DNA of 64,000 nt from an uncultured Archangium sp. (GTDB lineage: Bacteria > Myxococcota > Myxococcia > Myxococcales > Myxococcaceae): NCBI GenBank assembly GCA_964459885.1, contig CAYWON010000011.1:3302-67301 (forward strand). Direction: 5' to 3'. Within the stretch, counting starts at the first letter, position 1; every line of letters starts with the position of its first letter. Below, piece by piece: positions 22,852 to 31,820 of this stretch. Below the pieces are notes generated by a model that saw only the letters and a list, made by a program, of their open reading frames with translations, was not told the DNA's origin and did no database searches. Both the position numbers and the translations under genes were made by a program.

Positions 22852-23682
22852 ATGGAGATTCTCGTGAGCAGCAGAACAATTCGGGCAGCAGGGATCGTGG
22901 CGGCGCTGTGCTTCACCGCGTGCGACGTGCAGGTGAACCTCGGCGACGGCGGCGCGGGCGGCGGCACGTTCCTCACTGGCGGCGGCAGCGGCGCTGGTGG
23001 TGGCTCGGCGACGGGCGGCGGCAGCACCACGGGCGGTGGCAGCGCGACGGGTGGCGGCAGCGCCATCGAGCTGTGGTGCTCGGCGTCGCGCGCGTGCCCG
23101 TCGGGTCAGTTCTGCTTCAACGGTCTGTGCGCCATCGGCTGCCAGTCGAACGCCAACTGTGCGAGCGACCAGTACTGCGCGACCGACGGCGACATGCTCT
23201 GCCACAACAAGGTGGTGCCCACGTGCACCGTCGCCGGTGACTGCGGCGAGCAGCAGGTCTGCACGTCGGGCTTCTGCAGCACGCCGCCGCCTGCCACGCA
23301 GTGCAACCCCGACAACGTGCCCAGCGGCAACGACGGGTGCGACGCGCGGTCGGTGTGCCTCGACTCTTCCGACACGGCGATGGAAGACCCGCAGTGCCAC
23401 ACGTTCCCCGCGTGCGCGGCCGACAAGACGTGCCCCACGGGGACGCAGGGCGCGGTGTGCAACGACGGGCTCATCCCCAACAAAGACAAGATCTGCCTCA
23501 TCGGCTTGTGCCGTGAGGTGGGCAACTGCCCCGCGAACTGGGCGTGCGTGAAGGGCGTGTCGACCGACGTGCTGGGCCTGTGCTCGTCACGTGGGTTCGG
23601 TGCGCCGTGCTCGGGCGCCGCTGACTGCCTCAGCGGCAATTGCTCACAGCCCGTGCCGGGCTTCCTCGGGTGGTGCCAGTGA
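22852..23682 (+). CDS. Cys-rich secreted lipoprotein with a Gly-rich linker
   Basis: ATG at 22852 inside track ORF 22498..23682. Lipobox ALCFTAC, a GGGS(A/T)T repeat, then about 30 Cys in CxxxxC-type spacing. Confidence 0.65.
   Translation: MEILVSSRTIRAAGIVAALCFTACDVQVNLGDGGAGGGTFLTGGGSGAGGGSATGGGSTTGGGSATGGGSAIELWCSASRACPSGQFCFNGLCAIGCQSNANCASDQYCATDGDMLCHNKVVPTCTVAGDCGEQQVCTSGFCSTPPPATQCNPDNVPSGNDGCDARSVCLDSSDTAMEDPQCHTFPACAADKTCPTGTQGAVCNDGLIPNKDKICLIGLCREVGNCPANWACVKGVSTDVLGLCSSRGFGAPCSGAADCLSGNCSQPVPGFLGWCQ
22975..23062. repeat. 18-bp coding repeat array (GGGSxT hexapeptides)
   Basis: Encodes TGGGSGAGGGSATGGGSTTGGGSATGGGSA. Same repeat style as the arrays at 58319 and 60298. Confidence 0.8.
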
Positions 23683-26600
23683 AGACGCTTCGCTTCGTCG
23701 TTCCCCTGTTGGCGCTCGCGGCGTGTTCGCCGCCGGTGCCGCCCGTCGACGTCTGCGCGCCGAACCCGTGCCTGGGTGATCGCTTGGTGTGTACGGCGGT
23801 CAACGGCGCGCCCGTGTGTTCGTGCCGCGCAGGCTTTCAAGACGTCGCGGGCGCGTGCGTGCAGCCCGGGCCGTGTGACGCCAACCCGTGCACGCAGGCC
23901 AACCGTGGCGTGTGCGTCGCGTCTGGCAGCACGGCCGAGTGCCGGTGCGACAGCGGCTTCGTCGAGAACGGCAGCGGCGCGTGCGTCGCCGCTCAGACGT
24001 GCGCGTCGAGCCCCTGCACCACGCCGGGCAAGTCGGTGTGCACCGAGCTCAACGGCGCCGTCAGCTGTGCGTGCGACCCCGGCTTGCGCGATGACGGCCT
24101 GGGCGGCTGCGTGAGCGACAGCCCGTGCGCCAACAACCCGTGCACGCAGCCCAACCGCGGCGTGTGCGTGGTGTCGGGCATGACGGCCGTGTGCCAGTGC
24201 GACTCGGGCTTCGTCGACGACGGGGCCGGGGCGTGCGTGCGCCCGCCGTCGTGCCAGCCCAACCCGTGCACGCAGGCCAACCAGTCGGTGTGCAACGTGT
24301 TGAACGGCGTCGTCACCTGCTCGTGCGATGCGGGCTACCGGCTCGACGCCGTTGGCCAGTGCGTGCCGACGCAGGTGTGCAACCCCAACCCGTGCACGCA
24401 GCCCCACCGCGGCGTGTGCACCGAGTCGGGCGGCGTGGCGGTCTGCGGCTGCGACGCGGGCTACCGCGACCAGGGCGGCGCGTGCGTGCTCGAGAACGCC
24501 TGCGCGCCCAACCCCTGCACCCAGCCCAACCGCGGCGTGTGCAGCTCGGTCAACGGCGCGGCGGTCTGCGGCTGCAACGTGGGCTTTCACGACGTGAACG
24601 GCGCGTGCGTCGCTGACGACGTGTGCGACCCCAACCCGTGCACGGCGGCCAACCAGAACGTGTGCACCACCGGCGCCGACGCCGGCGCGCAGTGCGCGTG
24701 CAACGTGGGCTACCAGGAAGGGCCGACGGGCTGCGAGCTCATCCCCACGCCGACGTGCGCTGGGCAGCACGCCACCGGTGACGCGTACGAGCCCAACGAG
24801 TGCCCGATGCTGGCCACGCCCATCACCTCGGGCGTGCCGCAGCAGCACACCTTCGAGCCGGCCGGCGACATCGACTGGGTGACGTTCACCGCCGACGCGG
24901 GCGCCGTCTTGCGCGCTGAAGAGTCGGGGCCCATCTCGTCGCGGCTGTCGCTCTACGCGGCCGACGGCACCACGGCGCTCGTCACCAACGCCACCAACCT
25001 GCTGACGACCAAGCTGCAGCAGGGCGGCGCGTATTACGTGCAGGTGCGCGGTACGTCGGCCTCGAGCACCGGCGCCACCACCCTCGCCGTGACGCTGTCG
25101 ACCGACGACCACGCCGACTCGCGCGACGACAACCCCGTGACCCTGACGCCGACCGCCGCACCCGGCGCCAGCGTGAGCGGCACTTTCGATTTCGCGGGCG
25201 ACTCGGAGTGCGTGGCGGTGCCGGTGCAGGCCGGCCGCATCTACACGTTCGCAGAGACCACCACGGCCAACGTGTACCTGTCTGTCGTGACCGCCACGGG
25301 CTCGTTCATTCCTTCGACCGACAGCGAGGCGCTGCGCTTCCGGGCGACGACGTCGCAGACGCTCTTCCTCTGCACGCGCGCGTACACCAGCACGCACCTC
25401 GTGCCGTGGTCGCTCACCGTCACCGACGTGGGCGTCGACGATCACGCCGACTCGCGTGACGACAACCCGGTGACGCTCGCGCCCACCTCGTCGCCGGGGG
25501 CCAGCCTGAGCGGCGCGTTCGACTTCGCGGGCGACACCGACTGCGCCGCCGTGCCGGTGCTGGCGGGCCGCGTCTATGCGTTCGCCGAGACCACCACCGC
25601 CGACGTCTACCTCACGGTCTACACAGCGACCGGCACGTTCATCTCGACCACCGACAGCGAGTCGCTGCGCTTCGAGACCGACACCGCGCAGACGCTGTTC
25701 CTCTGCACGCGCGCCTACAACAGCGCGCACCTCGTGCCGTGGACGCTGACGGTCACCGACCTCGGGGTCGACGACTTCGTCGACTCGCGCAGTGACAACC
25801 CGACGACGTTGACGCCGGTGGCGACGCCGGGCGCGAGCGTGTCAGGCACGTTCCAATACCCGGGCGACACCGAGTGCTTCGCGGTGCCGGTGCAGGCCGA
25901 CCGCATCTACACCTTCGCCGAGACCACGAGCGCCGACGTGTACCTCACCGTGTACACCGCGACGGGCACGTACATCTCGACCACAGACAGCGAGTCGCTG
26001 CGCTTCGAGACCGACACCACCGAGACGCTGTTCCTCTGCACGCGCGCGTACAACAGCGCGCACCTCGTGCCGTGGACGCTGACCGTCACCGACGTCGGCG
26101 TTGACGACCAGGCCGACTCGCGCGCCGCCGCGATGACCGCGCTGACGCCGGGCGCCAGCCTCGCGGGCACGTTCGACTACGCGGGCGACACCGACTGCGT
26201 GGTGGTGCCGGTGCAAGCGGGCCACGGCTATTCGTTCGCCGAGACCACCAGCACCGACGTGTACGTCACGGTCTACAGCGCCACGGCGACGGTCATCGCG
26301 ACGACCGACTCGGAGGCCGTGCACTTCAAGGCCGCCAACACCGAGTCGCTCTTCTTCTGCGTGCGCGCGTACTCGAGCGGGTCGCTGGCGAGCTGGTCCA
26401 TCAGCGTCACCGACAACGGGCTCGATGATCATGCCGACACGCGCGCCGGCGCCACGCCGCTCACCGTCGCCGCGACGCCGACGGCGGGGCTCGGTCAGTT
26501 CACCACCGACTACGACTATTTCTCGTTCACCACGACGGGGCCGGTCGCGCTGCGCGTGGTGACGACGGGCGTCTCGAGCGCGCTGCGCGTCGAGACCTCG

Positions 26601-26726
26601 ACCGGGGCTGCCGTGGCGACCGGCGCGGGGCCCGGCTCGCTGACGTTCTCGGTGACCGCCGCGGGCACGTACTACGTGCGTGTGTCGGCCAGCCTCGGCG
26701 CGTACACCATCGCCATCGAGAACTGA
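23679..26726 (+). CDS. large secreted lipoprotein: 8 EGF-like repeats plus 6 PPC (pre-peptidase C-terminal)-like modules
   Basis: GTG at 23679 overlaps the upstream stop (GTGA). Lipobox LLALAAC. There are 8 units of about 41 aa (C..NPCTQ.NRGVC....G...C.C..G....G.CV) and 6 modules of about 110 aa (DDHADSRDDNPVTL...G.F...GD.DC..VPV.AG..Y.F). Confidence 0.8.
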   Translation: MKTLRFVVPLLALAACSPPVPPVDVCAPNPCLGDRLVCTAVNGAPVCSCRAGFQDVAGACVQPGPCDANPCTQANRGVCVASGSTAECRCDSGFVENGSGACVAAQTCASSPCTTPGKSVCTELNGAVSCACDPGLRDDGLGGCVSDSPCANNPCTQPNRGVCVVSGMTAVCQCDSGFVDDGAGACVRPPSCQPNPCTQANQSVCNVLNGVVTCSCDAGYRLDAVGQCVPTQVCNPNPCTQPHRGVCTESGGVAVCGCDAGYRDQGGACVLENACAPNPCTQPNRGVCSSVNGAAVCGCNVGFHDVNGACVADDVCDPNPCTAANQNVCTTGADAGAQCACNVGYQEGPTGCELIPTPTCAGQHATGDAYEPNECPMLATPITSGVPQQHTFEPAGDIDWVTFTADAGAVLRAEESGPISSRLSLYAADGTTALVTNATNLLTTKLQQGGAYYVQVRGTSASSTGATTLAVTLSTDDHADSRDDNPVTLTPTAAPGASVSGTFDFAGDSECVAVPVQAGRIYTFAETTTANVYLSVVTATGSFIPSTDSEALRFRATTSQTLFLCTRAYTSTHLVPWSLTVTDVGVDDHADSRDDNPVTLAPTSSPGASLSGAFDFAGDTDCAAVPVLAGRVYAFAETTTADVYLTVYTATGTFISTTDSESLRFETDTAQTLFLCTRAYNSAHLVPWTLTVTDLGVDDFVDSRSDNPTTLTPVATPGASVSGTFQYPGDTECFAVPVQADRIYTFAETTSADVYLTVYTATGTYISTTDSESLRFETDTTETLFLCTRAYNSAHLVPWTLTVTDVGVDDQADSRAAAMTALTPGASLAGTFDYAGDTDCVVVPVQAGHGYSFAETTSTDVYVTVYSATATVIATTDSEAVHFKAANTESLFFCVRAYSSGSLASWSISVTDNGLDDHADTRAGATPLTVAATPTAGLGQFTTDYDYFSFTTTGPVALRVVTTGVSSALRVETSTGAAVATGAGPGSLTFSVTAAGTYYVRVSASLGAYTIAIEN
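23754..24737. repeat. array of 8 EGF-like coding repeats (about 123-126 bp each)
   Basis: The six-Cys pattern recurs 8 times in the translated protein. Confidence 0.85.
25101..26420. repeat. four tandem coding modules, three on an exact 333-bp period
   Basis: Module starts are at 25101, 25434, 25767 and 26100, each 333 bp apart. Long near-identical stretches occur, for example gactcgcgcgacgacaaccc and ctgttcctctgcacgcgcgc. Confidence 0.9.
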
Positions 26727-26728
26727 CG

Positions 26729-27013
26729 TCAGCCCAGGAGGTCGATGCCCAATCGGAGAATCGAGAAGGGCATCACCTTCGGCATCAGCGACACCAGCAG
26801 CACCACGCCGCCGTGGCTCAGCAGCGCGCCGACGGGTGACTTGAACTTGTCAGCGAGGAACGAGGTCACGGCGGCGTACCCGCCGAACCACGCCCAGAAG
26901 AGCAGCACGGGAATGAAGGCGCCCGCGAACAGCGTTTTCAGGCTGAACACCGCGCCCGCGAGGATCCACAGCGCGAGCACGACGAGGTGGGCGAAGTTCT
27001 TCATGGCGTTCAT
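26729..27013 (-). CDS. small membrane protein (3 TM helices)
   Basis: 94 aa, hydrophobic, divergent from the LysR gene. Confidence 0.55.
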   Translation of the reverse strand: MNAMKNFAHLVVLALWILAGAVFSLKTLFAGAFIPVLLFWAWFGGYAAVTSFLADKFKSPVGALLSHGGVVLLVSLMPKVMPFSILRLGIDLLG

Positions 27014-27078
27014 GGGCGGTCTCTCCAGTGCTGCGGTGTGTGGAGATGAAACGCCTGAACATCAGAAAGTGTGCGTTA

Positions 27079-27098
27079 CGCGTTGATGCCGCGTTGAT
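27079..27098. promoter_or_regulatory. direct repeat CGCGTTGAT x2 with 11-bp register in the divergent LysR promoter region
   Basis: cgcgttgat at 27079-27087 and 27090-27098, preceded by a gcgtta half-copy at 27073. Lies 13 bp upstream of the LysR start. Embedded in TTA..N..TAA. Confidence 0.3.
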
Positions 27099-27110
27099 AA
27101 GCTCCGGTGT

Positions 27111-27989
27111 GTGATTAACCTCCAGAGAATCGAGGGCTTCTATTGGGTGGCCAAGACGGAAGGCTACGCGCGGGCGGCGCGTGCGTTCCCGTACCCCATC
27201 ACCCAGCCCGGCGTTCACCAGCAGGTGCGGCGCCTCGAAGACGAGCTGGGCGTGAAGCTCTTCGAGCGCGTGGGGAAAGACCGCGTGGTGCTGACGGCGC
27301 GCGGGCGCGTGCTGTTCGACGCGGTCTCGCCGTTCTTCGAGCAGCTGCCGGCCATCGAAGCGCGCGTGCGCGGCGGGGTGGTGGGCGGCACGCTCAAGAT
27401 GCACGCCGCGGGTCACCTGCTGCGGCACCTGGTGCCCGAGTGGCTGCGGCGGCTGCAAGACGCGCGGCCCGACATCACGGTGGCGCTGACCGAAGTGCAG
27501 ACCGCCGACCTCGCGCAGCTCCGCGCCGGTGAGACCGACCTGCTCGTCGACTGGTTGCCAGAAGTGCCCAGCGACCTCGAGGCCCGGCAGATCGGCAAGA
27601 CCGAGGCGTGGATCGTGGCGCCCACGCACGGTCCCTTCGCGCAGAAGAACGGGCTGACGTTGAACCGCCTCGCCGACGTGCCCTTCATTGGGTACCACTC
27701 CGACCGCACGCTCAAAGGGCTGCAGCTCGAGGCGCTGCGTCAGCACGGCATCACGCCGCGCGAGGCCTTCGCGGCCGACTCGTCAGACACCATCCTCGGC
27801 TTCGTGGCTGCCGGCCTGGGCTTCTCGCTGGTGCCGTGGCTCAACGACGCCGGGCCGAAGCTGCACGGCGTGGTGGCGCGGAAGCTCGAGCGGCCGGTGA
27901 CGTCGTTCCCCATCTTCGCGGTGTGGCGCAAGAGCAGCGGCCTGCACCCGCTCGTGGAGGCCGCGCTCAACGTCGCGCCGAAGCTGTGA
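27111..27989 (+). CDS. LysR family transcriptional regulator
   Basis: 292 aa. N-terminal HTH (F..VAKTEGYARAARA...TQPGVHQQVRRLEDELGVKLFER) and a C-terminal substrate-binding domain. Confidence 0.92.
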   Translation: MINLQRIEGFYWVAKTEGYARAARAFPYPITQPGVHQQVRRLEDELGVKLFERVGKDRVVLTARGRVLFDAVSPFFEQLPAIEARVRGGVVGGTLKMHAAGHLLRHLVPEWLRRLQDARPDITVALTEVQTADLAQLRAGETDLLVDWLPEVPSDLEARQIGKTEAWIVAPTHGPFAQKNGLTLNRLADVPFIGYHSDRTLKGLQLEALRQHGITPREAFAADSSDTILGFVAAGLGFSLVPWLNDAGPKLHGVVARKLERPVTSFPIFAVWRKSSGLHPLVEAALNVAPKL

Positions 27990-28058
27990 GCTTCGTCAGG
28001 CTTCCCCGCGCCGAGCGTTCTGCTACGCGGTGACGACACTCGAATCAGGAGAAGACCG

Positions 28059-29780
28059 ATGCGTTGGTTGGCGTTGATGGTGAGCGTGGTGGTGGGGGCG
28101 GGGTGCGCTTCGGCGCAGTGGGCGGCGGCGTCGTCGTTGGCCGCAGAGCAGTTCCCCAGGAGGGACGCGCTGCAGAAGGTGGCGTTGCGCACGCCGACGC
28201 TCGATCTGGCGCGCAAGAGCGCGAAGTCCATCGACAACTGGACGCTGAAGGGCCCGCTGCCGACGGTCGCCGTGGTCGAGCGTGTCACTCCGAAGACGCC
28301 GTGGGAGGTCGCGGTCTCGCAAGACGTGCCCGCCTTCGGGCCCGCGATGAGCGCCGACATGCAGTGCATCTCGCGTGAGGTGGCGCACTATTTCCTCGCG
28401 CGCGACGAGTATCCCGGCAACGCGCTGCGCACGTTCATCGAGCGGCGCTGCGCCAGCACGGCCGCCGACACCCAGCTCTGGGCGCTCACCGGTGAGGTGC
28501 CCGAGAAGGTCACCGACGAGAAGTGGCTCGAGAACTGGCGCGAGGGCATCAAGGCGCACCTCAAAGACGTGAAGGCGACGCTCACCGGCATGCACGTGCT
28601 GCGCGAGGGCAAGAAGGGCGTGGTGGTCTTCGCGTACACCACGCCGCGCGCCGAGTTCGCAGCGCCCATTCAGCTGGTGGGCACCAACGGCAAGATCGTG
28701 CTGCGCGGCCGCGTCACCACCAGGAACGTCGAGCGCCTCTCGGCCCTCATCAACAAGGGCGAGTACGGCGTCGCCGAGTGCAAGACGCTCGAGGTGCTGC
28801 GGCCACCGGAGTTCGCCTTCGAGTGTCCTGTCGACGCCGCTGACGAGCGCGCCACGGTGGGCATCGCGGCCTTCGAGCCCGGCCGCATTCTCGGGCAGGG
28901 CGTCGCTGACTTCACGCTGTGGCCGGCGGGCAAGGCGAACGACACCTGGCAACGCGCGAGCGACAGCAGCGACGTCGCGAAGGGCGACTTCAACGCGCAG
29001 TTCCTCGGCGCGGTGAACCGTCTGCGTCAACGCGCGGGGCTGCCGATGGTGAGCGAAGCGAAGCAGCAGACCGCGACCGCGATGCAGCTCGCGCCGCACT
29101 ACTTCGCTGCGCAGCTGGGTGAAGGGAACCCACGCGACTCCGATGAGATCGCCCTCGGCATGATGGCCGGTTGGGACGTCGGCGTCGACGTCATGAGCTC
29201 GGGCTTCGGCAACGCCGTGGTGATGGGCTCGCGCGACCTCTCGGTCTTCATGGACTTCGCGCTCGACAGCCCGTTCCAGCGCAAGGCGCTCACCGAGCCG
29301 CGCGCGAAGTTGATCGCCATCGGGTCGCTCGACGACTCCGACAGCGCGCTGGCGGCGATGTTCGCGACCTACGTGCCGATGGGCGCGTTCGTTCGCCAGG
29401 AGGCCGAGGAGGCCATCATCACGCGCCTCAACAAGCTGCGGCAGGACCGCATGTTGGGCCTCGCGCAGTGGACGCTCTGGCCTGGCGACGTCGGCGGGGT
29501 GGTCGAAGCGAAGCTGAAGGCGCGCGCGTGGACGCCCATCGACGCGCGCGCGTACGTCGTCGACAAGACGCTCGAGGTCGCGAAGGGGCAGATCGTCGGC
29601 TACGTGCAGCTCGTCGACGACCTCGACAACTTCCAGTTCCCGCCGGAGGTGTTGATGCGTTCGGACATCAACGTGTTCCTCGCGGTCGGCACCTACAAGG
29701 CCGAAGACTGGGCGCAGTCGCGCTACGTGGTGTGCTTCGTCGTCGCCAGCACGAAGGACATCGAGACCGCGTCGCGCTGA
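28059..29780 (+). CDS. hypothetical secreted lipoprotein (possible central CAP/SCP-like region)
   Basis: 573 aa. Lipobox VVVGAGC. FNAQFLGAVNRLRQRAGLPMV resembles the start of a CAP domain; this is tentative. Confidence 0.65.
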   Translation: MRWLALMVSVVVGAGCASAQWAAASSLAAEQFPRRDALQKVALRTPTLDLARKSAKSIDNWTLKGPLPTVAVVERVTPKTPWEVAVSQDVPAFGPAMSADMQCISREVAHYFLARDEYPGNALRTFIERRCASTAADTQLWALTGEVPEKVTDEKWLENWREGIKAHLKDVKATLTGMHVLREGKKGVVVFAYTTPRAEFAAPIQLVGTNGKIVLRGRVTTRNVERLSALINKGEYGVAECKTLEVLRPPEFAFECPVDAADERATVGIAAFEPGRILGQGVADFTLWPAGKANDTWQRASDSSDVAKGDFNAQFLGAVNRLRQRAGLPMVSEAKQQTATAMQLAPHYFAAQLGEGNPRDSDEIALGMMAGWDVGVDVMSSGFGNAVVMGSRDLSVFMDFALDSPFQRKALTEPRAKLIAIGSLDDSDSALAAMFATYVPMGAFVRQEAEEAIITRLNKLRQDRMLGLAQWTLWPGDVGGVVEAKLKARAWTPIDARAYVVDKTLEVAKGQIVGYVQLVDDLDNFQFPPEVLMRSDINVFLAVGTYKAEDWAQSRYVVCFVVASTKDIETASR

Positions 29781-29854
29781 GTGCGAGGTGCGCGCACACG
29801 CACGTACTGAACGCCTGTCGCACTGCTTATATATGCGGGCCACGCGCGGCCGGT

Positions 29855-31810
29855 TCACTCCTCCAGCGTCACGAGGATCTGCCCGGCGGTGACCTGGTCG
29901 CCTTCGCGCACCAACACCGCCTTCACCACGCCGTCAGCCGGGCTGCGCGTGGCCTGCTCCATCTTCATCGCCTCGAGCACCAGCAGCGTGGCGCCGGCCT
30001 TCACCGCGTCGCCGGGCTTCACGTTCACCTTCACGACCTTGCCGGGCATGGGCGCCATGAAGCCGCCCTTCAGCGTCGGGTCTTGCGGCATCGGGAAGCG
30101 CGGCGTCAGCTTCAACACCTCGCTGCCGTGGCGCGCGTGCACGAAGACCGTGTCGTCGACCTGCGTGACGCGGAACCGCTCGCGCAGCCCGTCGGGTGAC
30201 TCCAACACCAGCGCCGGCGCGTCGAAGTTGACGACCTTCCACTCGCCGCCGCCGACGAGGAAGCGGCTCCCGCCGAGATCGCGGTACTCGACGCGCGGGC
30301 CGTGCTCGTACTCGACGAACTGGTCAGCGAACCGGTTGTTGCGGAAGCCGGTGACGACGCCCGGCAGGTAGCTGTCGTGCGCACGCCTCGTGAGGAAGCC
30401 GGCCAGCGTGGCGGCGATGGCGCACTGACGCCGGCGCTCGGCGTCGACGGGCTCGGCCAACGCGTCGCCGAGGTGCTCGTCGATGAAGCCGGTGTGCAGC
30501 GCACCTTCGCGGTACTTCGGGTGCGAGAGCAGCCGCGTGAGGAAGCCGTGGTTGGTCGTCACGCCCTGCACCGAGAGCCCGTCGAGGGCGCGCAGCAGCC
30601 GCGCGTGGGCGTCGTCGCGGTCTTCACCCCACGCGATGAGCTTCGCCACCATCGGGTCGTAGTGCATCGACACTTCGCCACCCGACTCGATGCCCGCATC
30701 GACGATGACGCCACCGACCTCGTGCGCGTGGAAGTCGTGCACCGGGCCCACGCTGGGCAGAAACCCGTTGGCCGGGTCTTCGGCGTAGAGCCGCACCTGC
30801 ACCGAGTGGCCGTGCTGCTTGAGCTCGTGCTGTTCGAACGGCAGCGACTCACCGCGCGCGATGCGGAGCTGCAGCTCGACGAGGTCTACGCCCACGACCT
30901 GCTCCGTGACGCGGTGCTCGACCTGCAGACGGGTGTTCATCTCTGAAAAGTAGAAGCGCCCGTCGCCGTCGACGATGAACTCCACGGTGCCCGCGTTGGT
31001 GTAGCCGATGGCTTTGGCCACCTCGACGGCAGCGGCCCCCATCGCCGCGCGCGTCTCGGCGTTGAGCGCCATCGAGGGCGTCTCTTCGACCACCTTCTGA
31101 TGTCTGCGCTGAATGCTGCACTCACGCTCGAAGAGGTGCACCACGTTGCCGTGCGCGTCGCCGAGCAGCTGCACTTCGATGTGCCGCGGCCGCTCGAGGT
31201 ACTTCTCGATGATGAGCGTGCCGTCGCCGAACGCGTTCTTCGCTTCGCGCTGGCCCGACTCGATGGCCTCGCGCAGCTCGTCTGGCTTGCGCGCGATCTT
31301 CATGCCCTTGCCGCCGCCGCCCGCTGACGGCTTGAAGATGACGGGCAGGCCCAGCTCGAGCGCTTTCTTCTCGAGCAGCGCCGTCGACTGGTCGCCGCCG
31401 TCAAACCCGGGCACCAGCGGCACGCCGCGCGCGCCGACGAGCGCCTTCGCTTCACGCTTGAGGCCCATGGCACGAATGGCCTCGGGCGTCGGGCCTACGA
31501 AGGTCAGGCCCGCGTCGATGATGGCCTGCGCGAACTCGGGGTTCTCCGAGAGGAAGCCGTAGCCCGGGTGCACGCAGTCGGCGCCGGTCAACTTCGCGGC
31601 GCGCAGCACGGCGGGCATCGAGAGGTACGAGTCTTTGGACGGCGCGGGGCCGAGGCGCACGGCCTCGTCGGCGAACTTCACGTGCGGCGCGTGAGCGTCG
31701 GCGTCGGAATACACAGCGACGGTGGCGAGGCCCAGGCGCTTGGCGGTCTTCATCACGCGCAGGGCGATCTCGCCGCGGTTCGCGACCAACAGTTTGGTGA
31801 GCGTTCTCAT
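29855..31810 (-). CDS. mccA: methylcrotonyl-CoA carboxylase alpha subunit (biotin carboxylase plus BCCP)
   Basis: 651 aa. ATP-grasp biotin carboxylase and a C-terminal EAMKME biotinylation motif. Paired with an MCC-type beta subunit. Confidence 0.88.
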   Translation of the reverse strand: MRTLTKLLVANRGEIALRVMKTAKRLGLATVAVYSDADAHAPHVKFADEAVRLGPAPSKDSYLSMPAVLRAAKLTGADCVHPGYGFLSENPEFAQAIIDAGLTFVGPTPEAIRAMGLKREAKALVGARGVPLVPGFDGGDQSTALLEKKALELGLPVIFKPSAGGGGKGMKIARKPDELREAIESGQREAKNAFGDGTLIIEKYLERPRHIEVQLLGDAHGNVVHLFERECSIQRRHQKVVEETPSMALNAETRAAMGAAAVEVAKAIGYTNAGTVEFIVDGDGRFYFSEMNTRLQVEHRVTEQVVGVDLVELQLRIARGESLPFEQHELKQHGHSVQVRLYAEDPANGFLPSVGPVHDFHAHEVGGVIVDAGIESGGEVSMHYDPMVAKLIAWGEDRDDAHARLLRALDGLSVQGVTTNHGFLTRLLSHPKYREGALHTGFIDEHLGDALAEPVDAERRRQCAIAATLAGFLTRRAHDSYLPGVVTGFRNNRFADQFVEYEHGPRVEYRDLGGSRFLVGGGEWKVVNFDAPALVLESPDGLRERFRVTQVDDTVFVHARHGSEVLKLTPRFPMPQDPTLKGGFMAPMPGKVVKVNVKPGDAVKAGATLLVLEAMKMEQATRSPADGVVKAVLVREGDQVTAGQILVTLEE

Positions 31811-31820
31811 GGTCGTGGCT

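Noticed and set aside
23106-25730. 874-aa minus-strand ORF
   Set aside because: It is antisense to the EGF/PPC protein gene. Its composition is dominated by R/A/G/V and it merely mirrors the sense-strand repeats.
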